This document shows positions 1 to 12,744 of a DNA stretch of 64,000 nt, in pieces (the stretch's first letter is position 1; each line of letters opens with the position of its first letter). The notes under the pieces were generated by a model, which did not search any database, was not told the DNA's origin, and was given only the letters and a program-made list of their open reading frames with translations. The position numbers were made by a program, and so were the translations under genes. The stretch is from Hypanus sabinus (lineage: Eukaryota): NCBI RefSeq assembly GCF_030144855.1, contig NC_082730.1:2852001-2916000 (forward strand). The letters are read 5' to 3'.

Positions 1-366
1 AAGATCTCCGTCAGAGCTCCTGCTATTTCTACACAAACTTCCCTCAAGGTCCTGGGGAATATCTTGTCAGGACCCGGAGATTTATCCACTTTTAAATTTC
101 TTAAAAGCGCCAGTACCTCCACCTCTTTAATTGTCATAGGTTCCATAACTTCCTTACTTGTTTCCCACACCTTAGACAATTCAATATCCTTCTCCTTAGT
201 GAATACCGAAGAGAAGAAATCATTCAAAATCTCTCCCATCTCCTTCGGTTCCACACATAGCTGACCACTCTGATTCTCTAAGGGGCCAATTTTATCCCTC
301 ACTATCCTCTTGCTTTTAATATAACTGTAGAAACCTTTCGGATTTACTTTCACCTTATTTGCCAAA
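1..366 (-). mobile_element. CR1-type LINE ORF2 fragment
   Basis: Highly similar to 6885-7240 inside the larger CR1 copy; the antisense frame matches the linker between endonuclease and RT. Confidence 0.8.
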
Positions 367-1200
367 CTGACAAAGTCTTTAAGGATTGGGATGAACTAGG
401 TATTAAGTGTTTTTGGGACCTGTTTATCTCAGGATCTCTTGCTTCATTTGACCAATTGTCAACTAAATTTGCACTCCCAAAAACACATTTTGACAGATAC
501 CTTCAAATTAGAGATTTCTTACGTTCCCAATTAACTACTTTTCCTATAAGTCCTGATAAAAATTTACTGGACGATTTTTTAAATTTAAAACATTTTGTTA
601 ATGGTTCTGTTACTGGTATCTTTAACTTGTTGATTGATTCTAGACAAGACTTTTTAGAGAAAATAAAAAAAGCTTGGGAGGGTGACCTAAATCATCTTCC
701 TGTGCCCGTCATTCTCTTTTACAACTTAAAGAGGTTCATAGAGCTTACATTTCTAAACAGAAGCTGTCCAGTTTTTATCCAAACATTTCTCCACTTTGTA
801 ATAAATGCAACTCTGCTGATGCCTCTTTAATTCATATGTTTTGGTTTTGCCCTAAAATTGAAAAGTTTTGGTGGGAAGTATTCTATACCTTCTCACAACT
901 TTTTAGGGTCCAATTTGACCCAAATCCCCTTACTGCCTTGTTTGGTATTATTGCAAATGAAGATATAACTTTAAATGCTCCTAACCTACAGGTTTTAGTT
1001 TTTACCTCTCTTTTAGCAAGAAGAGCAATCTTGCTAAAATGGAAGGAGTCTACCCCTCCTACACATCTTCAATGGCTACTTGATATTATGTCTTATTTAA
1101 ATTTAGAAAAGATCCGCTGCTCAGTCTTAAATTCGAAACAATCTTTTTATGATATTTGGGGAACTTTCCTAAATTACTTTTCAAATTTATAAAATTGTCA
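363..1200 (+). mobile_element. L1-clade LINE ORF2 C-terminal fragment (frameshifted)
   Basis: ORFs 456-830 and 836-1192 read LPKTHFDRYLQIRDFL and HMFWFCPKIEKFW...LARRAILLKWK, typical of the fish L1 ORF2 C-terminus with zinc-knuckle remnant. Confidence 0.75.
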
Positions 1201-1384
1201 AATGCCTTGTGGAAGTTCTTGTCAATTGCTTGTGCTTACTCACCTTTCTCTAGCCGGCCTGTTACCTTCTCAAAGAATTAGAAAAAAATTGTGTGTACTT
1301 CACCCTATTCTATCACCTACTTCCATCTATTCTGAAATTTCATCTTTTATAAAATAGATTTTAAAACCTTACCAATCACCAGGG

Positions 1385-2040
1385 TCAAACTAACTAGCCT
1401 CCTGGAGTTCAGGTGTAATCCACCCCTTTGCACTGGTCATCTTTCCCAAGAAGAAATCCCAGTGATCCAGAAATCTGCAAAGGTGATGATAGGAGGAACA
1501 ATGAGGTCGTAACCCCCGGGTTGCAGGAGGCAGGAAACTGGGTGACTGTCAGAAGACAGGGAAATGGGCAGCCAGTACAAAGTACTGCTGTAGCCATTCC
1601 CCTCAAAATTGATTATACCTTGTAGACCTACTGAAGTGGGGGGAAGGGGAGGTGCCACTATGACCGGGTCCCTAAACTCTAGAACTGTGTCCAGCGCTAT
1701 GGCCCAGAAGGGAAAGGAGGAGAAGAGGACTGCAGTAACAGTAATGATAGGGGATTCCATAGACAAAGAAGTACACAAGGTTTTCTGTGGATGTAATATG
1801 ATCTGTTGCCTCCCATGTGCCATGGCCACTGACATCTCAGATCGAGCCCATGTCATTCTAAAGGGGGAGTGTCAGCATCCAGAAGTCTTGGTACAAACTA
1901 GGCGCATTTGGCAGAGAACTGTGCACCTGAGGAACTGGTGCAGGAGGCAGTGGTTCAGATTTCTGGATCAATGGGATCTCTGCTGAGGTATCTATGACCT
2001 GCTCAAAAGGGATGGGTTGCACCCAAATCCAAGGGGGACG
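1385..2040 (+). mobile_element. Degenerate CR1 ORF1 (SGNH esterase-like) relic
   Basis: GNWVTVRR, VMIGDSI, MICCLP and FRFLDQWDL motifs match the better-preserved ORF1 at 58174-58683. Confidence 0.7.
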
Positions 2041-2154
2041 AATATGTTGAAATTTACTTTTACATTATTGGATAATTTACTATTGTAATTAATCTTTTTT
2101 TTTTTGCCTTTTTGGTTTTAAAATAGTTCTCTGCTCCGTATTCAAAGCTTCCTA

Positions 2155-2246
2155 CTAAACTGCACCATATTGTATGCCTCCTTTGCTTTTATGCTGCACC
2201 TGAATCCTTGTCCTCTCCATTGAGTGAGGGTCCATCCCCACTGGGA
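2155..2246 (-). CDS. Candidate terminal cytoplasmic exon of the CD2/SLAM-like receptor (xPVGMDPHSMERTRIQVQHKSKGGIQYGAV*)
   Basis: Strong acceptor ttctgttcttgttccacag ending at 2247; the phase-1 frame runs to TAG at 2155-2157 and ends in IxYxxV. No transcript evidence. Confidence 0.35.
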
Positions 2247-2397
2247 CTGTGGAACAAGAACAGAAGTTCCACTGGGATGGAAACCCACTCCCAACCTCCT
2301 CACTCTGCATTGGGAGTGGGCTCCATTCCCCAGTAACTAGGTCTGTGGAGAGGTACTCGTTGTCCAGGTGAAGGAGTGACTGGTGTTACTGTCTTCC

Positions 2398-2540
2398 TCA
2401 GTGGTTACGTGTAAGCTGGGGACTCCCTCCTGGGATGCTGGCATCTGCATCTCTTTCAAGGGGGTCAGTGCTTGGGGTCTCCCTCAGGGGGGATGCCAGA
2501 ACCCAGAGTGATTGACTGTTCAGCCCTCGTGCCCCCGTCT
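2398..2540 (-). CDS. Candidate cytoplasmic exon following the TM exon (ETGARGLNSQSLWVLASPLRETPSTDPLERDADASIPGGSPQLTRNH*)
   Basis: Acceptor ctgctctttgtcccacag ending at 2541 closes a 253-bp GT-AG intron from the TM exon; the phase-1 frame is open for 46 codons plus stop. Confidence 0.45.
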
Positions 2541-2793
2541 CTGTGGGACAAAGAGCAGTGGCCAGCTCCTTTCCCCCAACTCCTCTCTATATCCCTCTGC
2601 CCAGTTCAAATCCTCCTCCCAAACCTCACACTCTTGCCCCAGCCTGACTCCTTATTCCTGAGGTAGGACCCCATGTCCTCAGGGTCAGAATGGGAGACAC
2701 TTTCCTGCAGACCCAGCCCCTTCTGTTGCTGTTCCTGGCCAGAGTTTCAGGTGCCGGATTATTTTTGGAGGGTGGGGGGTGGGAGACACCTAC

Positions 2794-2961
2794 CGTCAGA
2801 TGTACCGGATTTCTTTTGTTTACTTTTGTCCCCATCTGAGCAAAGATCATGCGGCTTTATGTAGCGTTTATAACAAACCAGACACGCAATGATGATCATA
2901 ATGAGGATCACAATGAAGAACAGAGCAGCAGTCTTCCAACCATTGTATGATGATTTCTGAT
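2794..2961 (-). CDS. Transmembrane exon of the CD2/SLAM-like receptor (DQKSSYNGWKTAALFFIVILIMIIIACLVCYKRYIKPHDLCSDGDKSKQKKSGTSD)
   Basis: 168 bp, phase 1-1, acceptor ccataatccag and donor G|GTAGGT. About 21 uncharged hydrophobic residues are followed by a KR stop-transfer. In frame with the C2 exons. Missed by the ORF track. Confidence 0.8.
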
Positions 2962-4329
2962 CTGGATTATGGGAGGATAAAAGATTCTGTCATTAATCCC
3001 ATGCTCACACTCCCAGTGCTAAGAAATCGATGGATCCAGTCCATCCCACCACAGGCCAGAGAAAACTCCCCTGTCACTGCAACACCATGCCTCAGTTCTC
3101 TCTAATCAGCCCCACATCATCCTGCTCCACCACCCCTTTCCCCTTCAATGATCTCTATCCCCTCCAAACAGTCCCACATCACACCGCTCCATACAGTCCC
3201 TTCCCACTGTAGTCTCTAAAGTCTCAGACAGTATCCTGAGTGATGTTAGTCCAGCTCCCTCACTCAGCTCCAGTACACTCTATCCCCCAGCACACTCTGA
3301 CTGACTGACTGCTTCTAGTATGAAATGGTGACACAGTCCTCCCACACTCACAGAACAGGAATTAGACACAGAGACAAGCTCCATTCGCACTGGCCCATCA
3401 CCCACTCCCACAGCATGAGTTAGTTGCAGGAATCTGCACTCAGTCGGCATATGGATCTGCTGTGGAGCTGGAGGGAGGTGATCTGTCTCACTTTGACTGA
3501 TGCTGGTGGGAAAGGTGGGAGGGGGGGTAGTAGGTGGAGATGATAATGGTCCTTATACTCTACAACTGGTGGCTGTGGAATGAAATACTGTTGGTAGAGG
3601 CTGGAAGATCACCTGGGTGTGACTGTGAAGGAGTGTGATGGTAAAGTGCACAGCCCAGGTCAGCAGGGCCTCTCTTCATGAAGAAGATCGATTTTTATAT
3701 CATGGGCTTTTGTGAGGCCTCAACAATCCTGGTGAAGAGGCTGTACAAAGTCAAAGAACCAGCACAGGAGAGCAGGAACAGATCCTCCCAACCCACACTT
3801 CCACTCCCCGCCCCACCATAATTTATCTCTCCTCCCCTGTGCTTTTGTTACTGGATTGTATTGTGGTTGTATCGCCTATGGCTTGAGGACCTGATGGTCA
3901 TCACATTCTCACCGGTGGTGGGACCCTCCCACAAGTAGTACTACTGTGGTCCTGGTGGACAGATCATTCTCTCTGCTGGTGGGATGTTCCTACAGTTACA
4001 TCATTGTGGACACAATGGATACCTCACTTTCTCCACTGGGTGGTTATCAGGCACACAGCAATATTGTAGCTTCATCCATTCATATTGCACAGTCACAGTT
4101 CAAACTATTGTGAAAGAGAGTGGAGACAAACTACGTTCAAACCAACATGAACCTCAAAGCCTGTTTGAAGGGAATGGTTGAGGTTGTTGTCTCTTTTGCA
4201 ACTGTCACATCATTGGAAAAGTAGGGTTAGACCATGCTCAGCCTGACAATCGAGTGGATTATGTTGCTTGCCCTCAGGGGGACACCTGTAATTATGACAT
4301 TGTAGCCATTAGGAAGACTTGATTGCAGG

Positions 4330-4870
4330 AGGGGCAAGACTGGCAGCTCAATATTGCAGAGTTCCATTGTTTTAGATGTGACAGAGTGGATTAAAGGAAG
4401 GGGGGTGGCGTTACTAGTCAGAGAAAATATCACCGCGGAGATCCATCAGGATAGACCGGAGAACTCGACTAGTGAGGCATTATGGGTGCAAATGAGAAAT
4501 AAAAAAGGAATGATGACGTTAGTGAGGCTAAATTATGGACAACGCAATAGTCCTCAGGATTCAGAGGAACCAATTTATAGAGAGATCGCAGACTGTTTCC
4601 TGAAACATAAAGTTGTTATAATAGGTGATTTTAACCTATAAAGTATTGACTGGGAATCCCATACTGTAAAAGGACAAGATGGGATAGAGTTTGTCAAAGT
4701 GTTCAGGAAAGTTTCTGTCATCAGTACGTAGAAATCCCAATGAGACTTGGTGATACTAAGTCTGCTATTTGGAAATGAGACAGCAGATGACAGAAGTTTG
4801 TGTAGAGAGGAACACTTTGTATCTAGTGACGACAATACCATTAGTTTCAAAGTGAATATACAAAGAGGTA
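4330..4870 (+). mobile_element. Degenerate CR1 endonuclease fragment
   Basis: GRGVALLVREN, EALWVQMRNKKG and VVIIGDFN motifs (ORF 4354-4641). Confidence 0.75.
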
Positions 4871-5380
4871 GTCCAATCACAAACGAGAAAATCTGCAGAT
4901 GCTGGAAATCCAAGCAACACCCACAAAATGCTGGAGGAACTTAGCCGGCCAGGCAGCATCTATGGAAAAGAGGACAGTCAACATTTTGTGCCAAGATCCT
5001 GAGGTTCAACTGTATTGTATTGTTTAGGTGCTGCACTGTTGAGTTCCTCCAGCATTTTGTGAATGATACAAAGAGTTAGGTCTGGTCTGTGAGATGAGAT
5101 TCTAAATTGGAGAAACACCAGTTTTGATCATATCAGAAATTATCTGGCAAGTGTGGTTTGGGACAGGGTGTTTCTGACAAAGGTGTACTTAGAAAATAAA
5201 AGGCCATCACAAATGAAATTTTGGGAATACGTAGATTGTTTGTGCCTGTCAGAATAAAAGAATAACAAGTGTAGGGAACTTTGGTTATCAATAGATCTTA
5301 AGGCCCTGTTTAAGAAATAAAAGATGTATAGCAGGCATAGGCAAGTATGAACAAATCAGGTGCTTAGGAAGTACAAGAAA

Positions 5381-8300
5381 TAACCATATAACCATCTAAC
5401 AATTACAGCACGGAAACAGGCCATCTCGGCCCCTCTAGTCCATGCCAAATGCTTACTCTCGCCTAGTCCAACCGACCTGCACTCAGCCCAGAACCCTCCA
5501 TTCCTTTCCAGTCCATATAACTAGCCAAGTTTTTTTTAATGACAAAAAATGAACCTGCCTCTAACACTTCTACTGGAAGCTCATTTCACACAGGCTACCA
5601 CTTTCTGAGTAAAGAAGTTCCCCCTCATGTCACCCCTAAACTTTTGCCCCTTAACTCTCAACTCATGTTCTCTTGTTTGAATCTCCCCTACTCTCAATGG
5701 AAAAAGCCTATCTATGTCAACTCTGTCTATCCCCCTCATAATTTTAAATACCTCTACCAAGTTGTCCCTCAACCTTCTACGCTGCAAAGAATAAAGACCT
5801 AACTTGTTCAACCTTTCTCTGTAACATAGGTGCTGAAACCCAGGTAACATTCTAGTAAATCTCTTCTGTACTCTATTTTGTTGACATCTTTCCTATAATT
5901 CGGTGACCAGAACTGTACACAATACTCCAAATTTGGCCTCACCAATGCCTTGTACAATTTTAACATTACATCCCAACTCCTATTCTCAATGCTCTGATTT
6001 ATAAAGGCCAGCATACCAAAAGCTTTCTTCACCAACCTGTCCACATGAGATTCCACCTTCAGGGAACTATGCACCATTATTCCTGGGTCACTCTGTTCTA
6101 CTGCATTCTTCAATGCCCTACCATTTACCATGTATGTCCTATTTGGATTATTCCTACCAAAATGTAGCACCTCACACTTATCAGCATTAAACACCATCTG
6201 CCATTATTCAGCCTACTCTTCTAACTGGCCTAAATCTCTCTGCAAGCTTTGAAAACCTACTTCATTATCCACAACGCCACCTACCTTAGTATCATCTGTG
6301 TACTTACTAATTCAATTTACCACCCCATCATCCAGATCATTAATGTATTTAACAAACAACATTGGACCCAGTACAGATCCCTGAGGCATACCACTAGTCA
6401 CTGGCCTCCAACCTGACAAAACAGTTAGCCACCACTACTCTCTGGCATCTTCCATCCAGCCACTGTTGAATCCATTTTACTACTTTAATATTAATACCTA
6501 ACAATTGAACCTTCCTAATTAACCTTCCGTGCGGAACCTTATCAAAGGCCTTACTGAAGTCCATATATACAACATTCACTGCTTTACCCTCATCAACTTT
6601 CCTCGTAACCTCTTCAAAAAATTAAATAAGATTTGTCAAACATGACCTTCCACGCACAAATCCATGTTGACTGTTCCTAATCACACCTGTCTATCCAGAT
6701 AATTATATATACCATCTCTAAGAATACTTTCCATTAATTTACCCACCACTGACGTCAAGCTTACAGGCCAATAATTTGTAGGTTTACTCTTAGAACCCTT
6801 TTTAAACAATGGAACCACATGAGCAATACACCAATCATCCGGCATCATCCCCGTTTCTAGTGACATTTGAAATATTTCTGTCAGAGCCCCTGCTATTTCT
6901 ACACTAACTTCCCTCAAGGTCCTGTGGATATCCTATCAGGACCTGGAGACTTATCCACTTACATATTCTTTAAAAGCACCAGTACTTACTCTTCTTTAAT
7001 CATCATAGTTTCCATAACTACCCTACTTGTTTCCCTTACCTTACACAATTCAGTATCCTTCTACTTAGTGAATACCAAAGAAAATAAATTGTTCAAAAAC
7101 TCCCCCATCTCTTTTGGCTCCACACATAGCTGTCCACTCTGATTCTCTAAGTGACCAATTTTATCCCTCACTATCCTTTTGCTATTAATATAACTGTAGA
7201 AACCCTTCGGATTTATTTTCACCTTACTTGCCAAAGAAACCTCATACCTTCTTTTAGCTTTTCTAATCTCTTTCTTAAGATTAGTTTTACATTCTTTATA
7301 TTCCCCAAGCACCTCATTTACACCATGCTGCCTATGTTTATTGTAGATTTCTCTCTTTTTCCAAATTAAGTTTCTAACGTCCCTTGAAAACCATGGCTCT
7401 CTCAAGCTTTTAACCTTTCCTTTCAACCTAACAGGAACATAAAGATTCTGTACCCTCAAAATTTCACCTTTAAATGACCTCCATTTCTCTATTACATCCT
7501 TCCCATAAAACAAATTGTCCCAATCCACTCCTTCTAAATCCTTTCACATCTCCTCAAAGTTAGCCTTTCTCCAATCAAAAATCTCAACCCTGGGTCCAGT
7601 CCTACTCCATAATTATATTGAAACTAATGGTATTGCGATCATTGGACCTGAAGTGCTCCCCAACACATACCTCCCTCACCTGACTTATCTTATTCCCTAA
7701 CAGGAGATCCAACATTGCCTCTTCTCTAGTTGGTATCTCTGTGTATTGTTGCAAAAAACTATCCTGCACACATTTTACAAACTACAAACCATCCATCAGT
7801 ATGGGCTTCCCAGTCTATGTGGAAAACTAAAATCTCCCACAATCACAACCTTGTGCTTACTACAAATACCTGCTATCTCCGTGTAAATTTGCTTCTCCAA
7901 TTCTCGCTCCCCATCAGGTGATCTATAATACACCCCTATAAGTGTTACCACACCTTTCCCATTCCTCAATTCCACCCAAATACCCTCCCTAGATGAGCCC
8001 TCTAATCTATCCTGCCAATGCACCACTGTAATATTTTCTCAGACAAGCAAAGAAACACCTCCCCCTCTTGCCCCTCTGATTCTATCACACCTGAAGCAAC
8101 AAAATCCAGGAACATTTAGTTGCCAATCACACTCCTCCTGCAACCATGTTTCACCAATAGCTACAACTTCATATTTCCAGGTATTAATCCATGCTCTAAG
8201 CTCATCCACCTTTCTTACAATGCTCCTAGCATTAAAATAGATGCATTTAAGAAACCCTCCACCTCTTCCTCTCTGTTAATCCCTAACAGTGCAAACAACT

Positions 8301-8385
8301 TTATTATCTTTTTCTTCCTTCTCACCGACATCTTCGGTCTGAGCGCTCACCTGCCTATCCTCCCTCACACACTGTCTGCTGAAAT
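5381..8385 (-). mobile_element. CR1 LINE with full-length but disrupted ORF2 (APE endonuclease + RT) and 3' tail
   Basis: Antisense ORFs carry YMDFSKAFDKVPH, NYWPVSLTSVVGK and FNADKCEVLHFG; an (AACCATAT)n tail lies at 5381. Confidence 0.9.
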
Positions 8386-11130
8386 GCAAGAGAAAACTTA
8401 AGAAAGAAATTAGAAAGACTAAAAGAAGGTATGAATTTGCTTTAGCAGACAAGGTGAAGGAGAATCCTAATGGACTCTACAGGTATGTTAAGAGCAAAAG
8501 GATTGCTGGGGACAAAATTAGTTTGCTGGAAAACCTGAATGGTAGTCCATGTCTGGGGCCAAAACAGATGGAGGAGATCTTAAATGCATTCTTTGCCTCT
8601 GTATTTACTTGGGAGATGGATGCAGAGTCTACAGTAGTGAGCCATTAGTGGCAACTTCATGGATGCTGTACAGATTACAGAGCAGGAGGTGTTTCCCACC
8701 CTGAGACAAATCAGGGTGGATAAATCCACAGGACCTGACAAGGTGTTCCCTCACATCCTTTGGAAGGCAAGTGCAGAAATTTCCAGGGACCTAGCAGAGA
8801 TATTTAAATCACCCTTAGCGATAGGAGAGGTACCAAAGGATTGGAGGATAGCCAATGGTGTTTCACTGTTTAAAAAAAGGGACCAGATATATAAGTAATA
8901 GGATAGATATAGACTGATTATGGATAGTCCGCATGGTCTTGTATGTGGTAGCTCATGTCTAATTAACCTTGTTAGGCTTTTATTGAGGAAGTTACCAGGA
9001 AAGTGAATGAAGGCAAGGTAGTGGATGTTGTCTACATAGATTTTAGAAAGGCATTTGACCATGAACCACATGGGAGTCCGGTCAAGAAGCTTCTGTTGCT
9101 TCACATTCAGGATGAGAGAGTAAATTGGATTAGACATTGGCGTTGTGGAAGAAGACAGATAGTGGTAGTAGAGGGTTGCCTCTTGGACTGGAGGCCTGCA
9201 ACTAGTGGTGTCCGAGTGGTGTCAATGCTGGGATCTTTGTTGTTTGCCATCTGAATCATCAATCTAAATGATCATGTGGTTAACCAGATCAGAAAATTTG
9301 TGGATGACACAGTTTGGGTTGTAGTGGAGCGTGAAGAAAGATATCAAGTGATTTGTATCAGCTGGAAAAATGGAAGCAAAAATTGCAGATGGAATTTAAT
9401 GCGGACAAGTGCGAGGTTTGGCATTTCAGTAGGACCAACCAGAGCAGGTCTTACGCAGTGAATGGTGGGGCACTGAGGGCTGTGGGAGAACAAGGGGATC
9501 TGGGAATACAGATACATAATTCGTTGACAATGATATCACAGACAGATGCGATCATAAAGAAAGCTTCTGGCACATTGCCCTTCATAAGATGAGATGCTAT
9601 ATTGAAATTGTATAAGACATCGGTGAGGCCTAATTTGGAGCATTGTATGGAGTTTTGGTCACCTACCTCCAGGAAGGATGTAAACAGGGTTGAAAGAGTG
9701 AAGGGAAAATTTACAAGAGTGTTGCTGGGTCAAGAGGAGCTGGGTTATAAGGAAAGATTGAATAGATCATGACTGTATTCTTTAGAACATAGACAATTGG
9801 GAGGAGAGTTGATAGAGGTATACAAAATTATTAAGATCTAATAGGGTAAATAGAAAGGCTTTTTCCACTGATATTGGGTAGGACTACCACCAGAAATCAT
9901 TGGTTAAGGTTGAGATCCAAGATGGGGGCGCGACGCAGCTTGCAGCGGCCACTCCCGAACTGATTATCTGTTATTTGTGAAGTGGGGTGCCGTGCGCAAT
10001 CATAATCGATTGAAAACGGACGTGGAAGCACGGAGAAGCATCGGGAAATTCCAGGAAGACCACCTTCGTTGCTGCTGCTGCTGTGAAGTCCGGGTCTCTG
10101 CTGGGAAGAAAAGGCCCCCAGTCCTCGGGGTCGTGTTGCTGATGGCCGTTGGCAGAGCCGTCTTAATACGTTCGACAGAGGATGGTGCTCGGAGAAGCTG
10201 TGCCAGAGGGGATGGTCGTCCGCTCGGAGGTTCGATGGACTCGAAGTCCTTTCGACAGACTCAGGTCACTTTCGGTGTGTGCTGCGTCTGCGAGGCTGGT
10301 TTCAACGGAGCTTCCATTGTGTGCTGCGTCTGCGAGGCTGGTTTCAATGGAGCTTCCATTGTGTGTTGCGTCTGCGAGGCTCAGTCGGGCGGCGCCTTGG
10401 AAGTCCATAGCGGGGGTACTCCCTTCTGCCGCCGGCATAGGATGGCGCCACTGTCGGGACCCTGGGGACTTGTGGGAACTGTGGTGATTTCTTTTGAACT
10501 TACAGTCCTTTAATATCTTGGACTATTTTTACTGTGCCCATAGTCTGTTTTTTTTATCAGTTATGCTATTGTTTGCACTATTGTAACTTTGTGGTTTTGT
10601 GCAGGTCTTGTAGCTTTAGTTTTTGGTCTTGTTTTTGTCTGGGGGATTTGGAGCTCCTTTCCGGGGAACACGCTAGATGGTAGCACGATATTAATACGCA
10701 GCAGCCTCTCTGGACTCTGGATTGGGGATTGCCAAACATTATGTGGATTTTCTGGTGTAGTCTGTTTTGTCATGTGCTTTTGTGATATCATTCTGGGAGA
10801 ATGTTGTCTCATTTTTTAACTACATTGCATTTGTGGTTTGTAAATGACAACAAACTGAATCTGAATCTAAAACTGACTCTGAAAGGTGAGAAGTTTAAGG
10901 CAAACATGAAGGGAAACTTCTTCACTCAGAGGGTCACGAAATTGTGGAATGAGCTGCCAGTGCAAGTGGTCCATGCGAGCTCGATTTTAAAGTTTTAGAG
11001 AAAATTGGATAGGTACATGGACAGCAGTGATATGGAGGGCAATGGTTTCAGTGCAGGTCATTGCAAGTAGGCAGTTTAAATGGTTTCAGCATGGACTAGA
11101 TGGACCAAAAGGCCGGTTACTGCGCTGTAT
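8386..11130 (+). mobile_element. Older CR1 LINE RT region, interrupted by an insertion at 9916-10868
   Basis: ORFs 8454-9592 carry VYIDFRKAFD and FNADKCEV; the CR1 3' sequence resumes at about 10880 (GEKFKANMKGNFFTQRV). Confidence 0.8.
9916..10868 (+). mobile_element. Non-autonomous interspersed repeat with an L2-like 3' tail and an internal 42-bp tandem repeat
   Basis: GC-rich 5' part, about 2.5 copies of gtgtgctgcgtctgcgaggctggtttcaacggagcttccatt (10277-10381), and an end in aatgacaacaaactgaatctgaatct. It splits the host CR1. Confidence 0.5.
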
Positions 11131-11819
11131 TTCTCTGTGACTATGACTCTAAAGGACTCGCTGTGGATGAGATATTCCTGCTGGTGGACACACTTGAGGT
11201 CTCCACCAGCTTTCTAATCAGCCTAGTCCCCACAAGCTCCTTCTCTACCCTCTGCATCTTCTGGGAGGTGCAGCTGGAGATCACCCCATTCCCACTCAAT
11301 CGTCAGCACAGCAGCCACGTCTCCTCTTTCTACTGCAAGCTGATGTGGAAGGAGGTTACTGACGGACAGTTCATTGTCTACTTCTCGGTGACAGATAGTT
11401 GTGTGTCCCAGACCTCAGGCTGTGCTTGGTGCCACTGGGATAGTTAATGTCATGCCCGGCCTCTAACCCACTCCCGAGGCAGTAGGTATGCATCAGCAGC
11501 TGGTATGGAGGGAGGGGACTTTTTGGTTGGAAGTAAGGTGCAGAGGGAGACTAAATGTTTCCATTCTCATCCCTGGCCACCAACTCCAGTACTGCCCTTT
11601 CCCTGGGCCTGACCCTGGGAAGTCCACCTGTCCCAAGGCTGGGGGAGTCAGGCAGGAGGACGGAGTGCTGGAGGTGGTGACTTCATCTTTAATAGAGCGT
11701 CTGAGCCTCTGTACCTGTCGCTGAAGGAGGAAATGCTTTCACTGAGTTGCAGGGTGGTTTTGAGGTGCAGGGACCATTTGGGGTTGGGGGATGAAGGCAG
11801 CTACTGGATCCAGAGACAT

Positions 11820-12130
11820 GTTAGCCAATGCCTTGAACTATGCAGCTCCTGACTGACCATGCTAAGTTGCTGGAACTGAAGGAGGATATATTCAGGACCA
11901 TCCAGGATGCTGAGATCATCACAGATAACAGTTTTTGTGTGGTGGTCACAGATAAGCTGCAGCCTGCAGATGGGTCGGTGAACACCAGGAATGGTAGCGG
12001 GAGCAGCAACAAGTACTTCCCTTTGGATACTGCTGCTGGGGTGGGAGGGGAAATGACCGATCAGGGCACAGCAGCAGCAGCCAGGTGGGTGGCACTGTGA
12101 CCACTCTGAGGCTCAGTGGGGAAGGGTAAA
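11820..12130 (+). mobile_element. Highly degenerate CR1 ORF1 N-terminal relic
   Basis: QLLTDHAKLLELKED...SNKYFPLDT resembles QLLTDRIRELEQELD...NKYTDLDT at 57950-58170. Confidence 0.55.
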
Positions 12131-12744
12131 GTCACACTGAGCAATAGTGACAGCTTATTATCACTCAGCACTGTTCCCTCCAAACTGCACTGGTGCATGG
12201 CTGCACAATAACTGAAATGCTCTCATGCACATAGCCTTTGTTGCCATGCAGCAGGAATTGGATGCAGCTAGAAAAAGTCTACGAAACATGAAAGATTTAC
12301 TTTGTTGTACTGTATTTCATTTTACCCTTCAATTTATAAATAAAAATCAAAAGTATGGAAAAGAGTAAACAGTTGACATTATAGGTCATGACCCTTCAAA
12401 GGACTGCCAAAGGGTTTTACCTGAAACGTCGACTGTACTTTTTTCTGTTGGTGCTGCCTGGCCTGCTGAGTTCCTCCAGTGTGTTGCTCAGATTTCCAGC
12501 ATCTGCAGATTTTCTCTTGTTTGTGATTCTATTACACTGGGTGTCGGTCTCCTCCTGTATCTGTGAATGTTGCTGAGCTCAGACCTCAGTCTGGGCCATT
12601 AGCAAGCAGTGCTCTGAGAAACAGACAGAACTGGGATCCCTGAACAAGACAGACCACACCTTTGACCAAGAGATACTGTGGGATCTGTTTAACCATGACC
12701 CACAGATATAGACCATTTGGCCCATCCACAACAGCCCCTCCCAC

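Noticed and set aside
3340-4200. Donor-like (GTGAGT at about 3350, GTGAGA at about 3910) and acceptor-like sites upstream of the TM exon
   Set aside because: No open phase-1-1 exon could be built; the frames tested contain stops or the wrong phase.
9977-10513. 178-aa Cys-rich ORF with a repeated VCCVCEAGFNGASI motif
   Set aside because: It is produced by a 42-bp tandem repeat inside a non-autonomous repeat; overlapping frames on both strands are also open.
11140-11800. GC-rich unassigned segment with ORFs of 115 and 78 aa
   Set aside because: No recognisable motif or splice structure; most likely an old degraded retroelement.
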